Part shown: positions 55,423 through 64,000 of the stretch, in pieces
How positions within the stretch are numbered: the stretch's first letter is position 1
Layout of the letters: the number at the start of each line of letters is the position of its first letter
Source of the DNA: Eledone cirrhosa
Taxonomy: Eukaryota
Assembly (NCBI GenBank): GCA_964016885.1
Contig: OZ024742.1
Location: forward strand, 328,414,001 to 328,478,000
Length of the DNA: 64,000 nt
Direction: 5' to 3'
Program-made: the position numbers and the translations under genes
Notes under the pieces: generated by a model
What the model saw: only the letters and a program-made list of their open reading frames with translations
Databases searched by the model: none
Told to the model about the DNA's origin: nothing

Positions 55423-56334
55423 GTGTATATATTTATATATGTGTGTGTGTGCATGTGTATGTATATATATATGTTGAGTCAACAATATAACATTGAATTC
55501 TCCTAAATTATAATTGCAACATAGTGCATAATCCAAACGAATGCTTCAAGCCACAGAACTCAACTATAAAGGCACGCTTAGGAATTAAACTTTAGCAATG
55601 TTGGAGCTATTAATGATTTGGATTCAAACTCAGCGCCAAAACCACAGGGTTTCCCAGCTTTAGTGTTTCAAATGTACAAAAACAGCCTCAACTGACCATT
55701 AAATATACAATGTCAAACTGGTCATCACAGAACTACTTAAAGAACCAAAAGTAACATCTATAGAAAAATAAAGTTGCAGATGTGATGTTAAAAATTACTG
55801 CCCGGCGTTGCTCACATCTCACAAAGAGTAGAATGCATTGTTCAAAAAAGTATAATGAACTACCTTTAAAGAAAACTTTTAGATGATACAGAATACCTTT
55901 TCCGGTCGGGACCTGGTTGCTTAACACAAGTGTTACAGCAACAAAACACTAACCTCAATAATCTCCTGTCAGGAATGGACAACAAATGTATATACAATGA
56001 TATTGTTAAAGCGCTTGACAGGATTGGTCATGGAATTATCTCGTTTAGGTTAAATGATCTTGGTCTCACAGGGAAATAAGGTAAGAATCAATCCGTTGTA
56101 AACGGTTTTCGTTCTGCCATATCACATGTAATTAATGGTACATCTCAGATCATATTTCTAGGAAATTTATTATTTATCGAAATCCTATCGGATATTTTAA
56201 AATCTTCAGAGGGAAGAATATAACCAGATTTTAAAGTAATATCAAGCAATGTTATGCCCGTGCCCCTACAATCCATTTAATAATAATTTCTCTCTCTCTC
56301 TCTCTCTCTCTGTATATATGTATATATGTATAAT

Positions 56335-56470
56335 AAAATATGCAGTGACTGATCGGCCTGATTTGCATATTAGCAAATCTGGCTGATCAGTGGATCTGCT
56401 AATATACATATCTGACTGATCAGCCAGTCTGCTAATATGCAAATCAGGCCGATCAGTCACTGTATATTTT
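56335..56470. repeat. Inverted repeat carrying octamer motifs, upstream of an HHR
   Basis: cagtgactgatcggcctgATTTGCATattagca / tgctaatATGCAAATcaggccgatcagtcactg; related single arm at 29237-29315. Confidence 0.8.
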
Positions 56471-56521
56471 AGAAAATATCATATATTTTCAAGAGCTCTG
56501 ACAGTTGGCAGATGAACAGTA

Positions 56522-56570
56522 AACTGCACTGATGAAGAGTAATTACCCAGAAACATTATTTTATCCAGTT
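56522..56570 (+). ncRNA. Degenerate type I hammerhead ribozyme
   Basis: aactgca-CTGATGA-agagtaattaccca-GAAA-cattattt-TA-tccagtt; outer extension gttggca...tgccaac; stem III damaged. Confidence 0.6.
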
Positions 56571-57489
56571 CTGTTTACATGCCAACACAAGAGGAAGAAT
56601 CAGGGGCTCATTCTACTGACATGGCTTAAAAGAGGCTGTATGAATAATTGCAAACGAATCGAACATTATTATTAATATTCGAAAAACTCAGATTACATTT
56701 ATTGTATTCAGCATGTAGAGCGATAAATTCTGTTAGTTAATTATAATAAAATATATATTATTAATTATGTTGCATTAAACCATATATACACATTTTAAAT
56801 ACAGTTGGAGTTACTGGCTATGGACGAGATATTTAAATCGATTATATTATAGGAAGCACAGAAACGTTACAATGTCAGAAAAAAAGGCATTGAAATGCTT
56901 TATCTGGCTCTTTACTATCTGAGGTCATATGTTTTCAAAGTCATTCTCTTTCCTTCTGGATAAAATAAAGTACAATTCAAGCACTGAAGTCTAAGTCATT
57001 TCTGACTTTGCACATAAATTATTATAAATTATAAATTTCTTCCTATGCACATAGGAGAGAGAAATAAAGTGATAGGGAAGTAGGAAAACTCAGAAAACCG
57101 AAAGAGAAAACGAAACATATAAGGGAAGAGAAAGAAATGAGAAAGAAGAGTAAAGTTTAGTAATGTAATGGAGATTAGACAGAAGTAAAGTAATATGATC
57201 TGAACAGGAAATAGTTAATAACCACTTCTGTTTATGAGTTGTATATTATGTGGAGAGATTCACCTGATGGCAAAACGATAGACGAGAAACGCCCTTATTT
57301 TTAGTTTCACTCTCTCTGTCAATCTATTTATCTTTATCGTGTATTCTAATGAGCTGTGTTAACATCATTGATATTCCTCTCCCGGTGTTTTATTGTTGAT
57401 AATTCAATGAATATTTGCTGTCCGTCTCTGAGCTGATCTGCTGAACCATAGTTTATCAAGTGTCTGTCGATAAACTGTATATTCCCCAC

Positions 57490-57778
57490 CTATATATATA
57501 TATATATACATACATACATACATACATATATATATGTATATATATGTATGTATGAATGTATATATATATATATATGTATGTATGTATATATATATATATA
57601 TGTATGTATATAGATATATGTATGTATGTATATATATATATGTATGTATGTATATATATATATTTATATATATGTATGTATATAGATATATGTATGTATG
57701 TATGTATACATATATATGTATGTATGTATGTATATATATATGTATATGTATTTATATGTATGTATATATATATGTATG

Positions 57779-57835
<57 letters not shown>

Positions 57836-57898
57836 GTATATATATATGAATGTATATATATATATATATATACATGTATATATATATATATATGTATA

Positions 57899-57949
<51 letters not shown>

Positions 57950-58010
57950 GTATGTATGTATATATATATGTATATATATATAGAGGTATATATATATATA
58001 TATATATGTA

Positions 58011-58090
<80 letters not shown>

Positions 58091-58123
58091 TATATATATA
58101 TACATATATATATATATATGTAC

Positions 58124-58162
<39 letters not shown>

Positions 58163-58165
58163 CAA
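57490..58165. repeat. Long interrupted (TA)n/(TATG)n microsatellite
   Basis: Direct inspection. Confidence 0.95.
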
Positions 58166-58748
58166 TTGTGTATATACAATTGACATGCAGCAGACATACT
58201 GACGCCGTCTTCATATAACCGCCGTCGACATTATTGACGTCACACTTGGGGGATTAATTCGAGCAGTTGAACATCACAATTATCATATCTAGCCTTTAAC
58301 TGATCCATAAAAACCAACCTAGTTGTGAGATGTGTGACTATTGGGGAAAATTAAGACGTGTCAATATGCATGCCTTTCAATCTTTATGTATTCATGTTTG
58401 TATAACTGTATCTATACATATATTGGCAACGTTATACATACACACATAAGCAATTATCTCTCTCCCCCTTTTCTCTCTTTCTTTATCTCTGTATATGTTT
58501 ATATATTTATATATAACTTACACAAGAAGCAAATATGGATACACTTACAGAGAGTTACTGATATGGGTACATATGCATAATTTTAACAATATAGGCATTC
58601 CTGTCGATTGCCTATATAAATATATACATATTTATAGGTACAATTTACACACACACACACGCACATATGTATATATGTGTGTGTGTGTGTGCGTGTGAGT
58701 GTGATTAGTATACCTTATGTATATACATACATCTCTCTCTCTCTCTCT

Positions 58749-58802
<54 letters not shown>

Positions 58803-58859
58803 TTCGCGTGCGTTTGTATGAAAAGAGCCAAAGAGTAAAAGAGGGAGAAAGGGGTAATG

Positions 58860-59280
58860 TTTGAGAGACTCCAGAAGGCGCTTAACAGCATTTATGGAGG
58901 TATAATTCAGATTTTTATAAGAAACCTTCTCATCGTTTGCACCATACACAATCTTACAAATATTTGCAGGGATATCTGAACTCTTTCTGTTATGTATGGA
59001 GATATGCACGTTAATTAAGCAACATGTGGGTTATTACGAAAATCCACTGACAACAGTAAAAAAGGAAACATTAGATGTACGGTCACATAATATCTGATGT
59101 ACTATCCTCCAAGGAGAATTTCAGAGGAACATAATGGCAGGACGCTAGAAGAAAAAAAATGGGTGGATAGCATCACTCAATCAACCCATATCCTGGATCA
59201 ACTCAGAAAAGATGGAAAAACGTGGTACACAGATCTGTTATTTAACGTCTACATATACTCTGGAGACTCAAAGGATTGAT
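58860..59280 (+). pseudogene. Decayed RTE LINE 3' fragment
   Basis: PLTTVKK, YGHI, TILQG and KKWVDSI resemble the RTE C-terminal motifs. Confidence 0.5.
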
Positions 59281-59541
59281 AACGGTAAGGCTGTGTAGGG
59301 AGAATATTGAATCAATGTGTCCGTTTGAAATATATATATAATTACAGAAAAATAAATAGTCATTATATTATTCTTTAACTGGTTTCAATTATGAAGTCGA
59401 GACTATGCTGGAGCACATTATTAAACACTTTAGTCGATCTTACCTAGCTTAGGAATTTCTTTTTCAAGTCGTACCTATTTTATTGAAAAATATTTGTCGA
59501 ACCATTAAGTTCTGGGACATAAATAAAGACAGACACCTATA

Positions 59542-59593
<52 letters not shown>

Positions 59594-59784
59594 TGTGTGT
59601 CTGAGAGAATACATGCATATGTATATTTTTTTTCTTTTTAGTATGTGTTGGTTGTTTACCGAGACCTAAGTATCTGGTTGGAGCACTCAACGAAGTGCGC
59701 AGATTGATTTGTTCACTCCGGAGTAATGTAAAGTAGTATGTGTAAGTCAATCATATTAAAGTTGGTTTCGTTTATTCTAATTCG

Positions 59785-59837
59785 CTGCTATATATATTTC
59801 AGTGACAGCCATTATTGTCTGTTACCTCATCAGGCAG
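59785..59837 (-). ncRNA. Minimal type I hammerhead ribozyme
   Basis: ctgc-CTGATGA-ggtaacag acaataatgg ctgtcact-GAAA-tatata-TA-gcag; stem I extends with aattc/gaatt; palindromic ATATATAT stem III. Confidence 0.78.
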
Positions 59838-59938
59838 TAAGAATTAATAGGAAAACATGATGTTGTAATGTGTTCTACCCTGTTAACTCATCGATATCTC
59901 CAGCTCCTGGGTGTGTTGTTTGTACTCAAAGGAACTGG

Positions 59939-60019
<81 letters not shown>

Positions 60020-60541
60020 CTTTCGCTATATTATGACTCTCCCACGACCACTGCAGATTACATAACCAATACGCCAATGTTATGACAATTTTACAAGGTG
60101 TCATACAATCGGCTTAATCCGAAACACACAGCCATGCCTACGCTAAGATTCTGCTCCAAATTACCAATCTATAGGTAAAGAATGAAGTTGAGCCTATGGT
60201 AGTGTTGACTGGTTTTCAAGTCAGCGGATCAGCTTAGGTATCTTCTCATTCGTCTATGGTAGCTGGTGAGTTGGGCATACAACTTTTCTGACAACGCAAT
60301 TTGTAGTTGCTCGAACAATGAGTATTTTTGCAGAATTAACTTGTAACTGCATGAGCATGCCACTGACAAATGCTACACTTAAGCTAGTTTTCAGTAATGT
60401 ATATATATATATATATACACTAGAGATATAGCCGCCATAGGTAATTTTGTGTGTATCACTTTGCCGCTGTAAATGCATACAGAAGATAAAAAAAGGAAAA
60501 AATTATATTCTGAAAATATGTATATTTCTATACGCATCTAT

Positions 60542-60604
<63 letters not shown>

Positions 60605-61196
60605 CATTGCTATAGAACTGTTAAACTATATTTTTAATCATATCTTATTTCATTCTAACAATAAAATTAAATTCATCTTAACAACATATTCTCTCCCTTA
60701 ATATTCCTACCTCCCTAAATCCCGTCCTCTTAACCCCCCACTTTTACATTCTGTCAATATTGTGACATTTCATCTTAGCACCATATTTAACAGGCCCTAT
60801 AAAACATGTATAATTCGACATTATTTCCGCATATTCCATATCTTATTATCCGTTAAACAATGTATGGTCCCTCTGTGAGCAACAATAAATATGACGTCAT
60901 ATAACAAGGGGGCAATTATCATCAGTAATTTTTCGCAGAATTTGTTTTTAAATCTTGTTTTTGTTCGTGTTATATTAAATAGTTATGTTTACCAAAACAT
61001 AATATCCCGATACAATATCTATGTTATAACATTTTATTAGATATAAATTTAAAACTGTGGTAATCAGAGCAGCTATGACAATAGCATTATTCATCTTCTG
61101 AAAAAGGGACTTGATATATCGATTTCCTCATGTAGTTTTCTATAATTCAGGTATTATACGAGAAAATAGCATCTATATTGATATCATTCTTTCTTT

Positions 61197-61972
61197 TGGA
61201 TTAGCAGCATCGGTAGAGGGTCGGACGCCATGCTTTGACGCAAAGAGTTACGGCCCTTTCCATTCTGAGTTCAAATCCCGCCGAGGTTAACTTTGCCTTT
61301 CATCCTTACGGGGTCGATAAAATAAAGTACCAGTAATGCACTGGGTATTTGCTGGCCTTGTGCGAAAAGTAGAAACAATTATTTCTTTTTGCAGTATCGG
61401 TAGAGGGTCGGACGCCATGCTTTGACGCATAGAGTTACGGCCCTTGCCATTCTGAGTTCAAATCCCGCCGAGGTTAACTTTGCCTTTCATCCTTACGGGG
61501 TCGATAAAATAAAGTACCAGTAATGCACTGGGTATTTGCTGGCCTTGTGCGAAAAGTAGAAACAATTATTTCTTTTTGCAGTATCGGTAGAGGGTCGGAC
61601 GCCATGCTTTGACGCATAGAGTTACGGCCCTTGCCATTCTGAGTTCAAATCCCGCCGAGGTTAACTTTGCCTTTCATCCTTACGGGGTCGATAAAATAAA
61701 ATACCAGTAATACACTGGTAATTGCTGGCCTTGTGCCAAAAGTAGAAACAATTATTTCTTATATAAGGACCGATGGATTGGCAGTATCGGTAGAGGGACG
61801 GAGACCATGCTTTGACGCATAGAATTACGGCCCTTGCCATTCTGAGTTCAAATTCCGCCGAGGTTAAGGTTGAGGTTTAGTTTGTCTTTCATCCTTACGG
61901 GTCGATAAAATAAAGTACCAGTAATGCACTGGGTATTTGCTGGACTTGTGCCAAAAGTAGAAACAATTATTC
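61197..61972 (+). mobile_element. Four tandem copies of the dominant SINE (first three at 187-bp period)
   Basis: gcag[t/c]atcgg at 61204, 61391, 61578 and 61781. Confidence 0.92.
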
Positions 61973-62290
61973 CTTATATATGTAAGGTTTCGAAGATGAG
62001 TGTTCGATAAACAGAACATTCGTCTTGTGAAATGAACGTGCAAATGCCTATTCATTCTGAAGACACGTGTACATTAAAGTAACTCCCAGGACGTTTCAGC
62101 GTAGTCCTTTGAAGTATAGCTATAGTCCATTAGATGGGCTTTCAGTAGAATATTCGCTACCCAATTACACACTCCATGCTATGGTAAAATCTCTTTCAAT
62201 AGTGAAATCGAACGTGTAACCTTATTGTTGCAAGGCGGATTTCTAAAATATTCGTCACCCTGTGTCCACTACAGGTAAGGATTAAGTATA

Positions 62291-62857
62291 AATATTGTTT
62301 CTACTTTTGGCACAAGGCCAGCAATTATATCAGTGCATTACTGGTACTTTATTTTATCGGCCCCGTATGAATGATAGGCAAAGTTAACCTCGACATGATT
62401 TGAAATCTGACCGTAAAGGGACGTAACTCTGTGCTGCAAAGCATGGTGTCCGACCCTCTACCGAAACTGCTAATCCAACTGCCAGTATAAATAATTGTTT
62501 CTACGTTTGGCACAAGGCCAGCAATTATCCAGTGCATTACTGGTACTTTATTTTATCGACCCCATAAGGATGAAAGGCAAAGCTAACCTCGGCGAGAGTT
62601 GAACTCAGAATGGCAAGGGCCGTAACTCTATATGTCAAAGCATGGCGTCCGACCCTCTACCGATACTGCCAATCCACTGTATTAATAATTGTTTCTAGTT
62701 TAGGCACAAGGCCAGCAATTATCCAGTGCATTACTGGTACTTTATTTTATCTACCCCGTAAGGATGAAAGGCAAAGTCAACCTCGGCGGGATTTGAACTC
62801 AGAACGTAAAGGGACGTAACTATGCTGGAAAGCATGGCGTCTGACCCTCTACCGATA
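62291..62857 (-). mobile_element. Three tandem copies of the dominant SINE, opposite strand
   Basis: Copies begin at ~62291, ~62489 and ~62684 (+ coordinates of their 3' ends). Confidence 0.9.
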
Positions 62858-64000
62858 TTAATAATAGTTTCTATTTAGGGGTAAGACATTTGGGGATGTA
62901 AACGTCAAGTAAATCGACCCTTGTATTTGACTGGTATTTATTTTCTTATTCCCGGAAGAAAGTATGTTGATAAATGAACTACAAAAGCTGAACACAGAAT
63001 GTAAAGACCGGATAAAAGTTTTCATCAGAGATTTTAACATTTCTGCTAATCGTCCACCCCGATTATTAAGTAATTTGGATTCATCACACTTTCAGATACC
63101 CTTTATACATCACTGGTCAAAATCTACTTCCCTCCCCACCTTGATTGCCTCCTTTCTGTTCTGATGATAATGTCTTCTCATTGTCTTAGAGGTCTTGTAT
63201 ATCCTCAACAGCTGCAAGGGTTCCCAAGTTATCTGTTAACCGTGTGGTGTGCTCAAGACATCGGAATCTCTGATATTGTTATTCTGCAATCACAACATTC
63301 ATACCCCTCCGTACTTGAATTATTATTATCCCGGGAATGGATCTTTCCATAGTCTTCTGTATTGTAACTAATCACTATTCCTCACTCTTACTAGTATCCC
63401 GCATTGCACTTGTGTATAATTTTGAAAATCATCTGCTGGTGATATTCACTTATTATTGGTTGAGCATTCCATAGGTACGTGTATAGTAAAATTATTCTCA
63501 AGAAAAATCTCCTTGATACTATACATGGTAGGTTTGGACATAGGAATTACAGCTACACTCTGTAATTCATGAGATTTTAGTCAAATTTTGTCTCACAATT
63601 TTTTCTGAGAAATTTTGGTGGACCCGGATCTAGGACAATGTTACTTGCCTAGAATACAGCATTGTAGGATCGACCAGGTAACCTCTCGATTACGAAGCGT
63701 GATTCATAACCTCGTAGTCATGCTTGCGTTCATGTTAGCCCCATAAGACAGCTGTAAATCTTCATTGTGTGTCCTCACAGGGTAAATACAACTACATTTC
63801 TTCTAGATGAGTTGGAGAAGATATAAAGAGACATAGAAGAAATAACTAGAATATCTTCACGAAAACATACACGTTTCAACACATATATCTACTTATACAT
63901 AAATACTTGCATACATATATACACACATGAGCATGTATGTATATATCTCTGAGTGCATGTCTGGATGTGAGTGAGTTTCGGTGTATGAATATATATATAT

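Overview
AT-rich, repeat-saturated eukaryotic DNA. The SINE families and long (TA)n/(CA)n tracts look like an octopus/coleoid cephalopod genome; this is from recall, not a search. No complete host gene is visible, only one candidate internal exon near 1.5-1.8 kb. Nearly all listed ORFs are microsatellite translations. Recognisable TE relics: a 5'-truncated CR1-like LINE, several RTE fragments, a decayed mariner, an internally deleted hAT with its MITE, a Helentron/DINE-like element, several SINE families, and Penelope-like element (PLE) GIY-YIG fragments. The main hidden signal is RNA-level. Reading both strands by hand gives about 15 minimal type I hammerhead ribozyme (HHR) motifs from about 8 unrelated sequence families. 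Most sit in head-to-head inverted or tandem-plus-inverted inserts whose 3' ends mostly run into (TA)n. Highlights: (1) a seemingly identical 465-bp tandem array with one perfect HHR per unit (retrozyme-like); (2) an HHR family with a compensatory U3-A8 core whose inverted arm starts at the predicted cleavage site; (3) a head-to-head GIY-YIG PLE with HHR-bearing ends; (4) a tRNA-cloverleaf element with the same head-to-head geometry. All folds were done by eye and no ribozyme activity has been tested.
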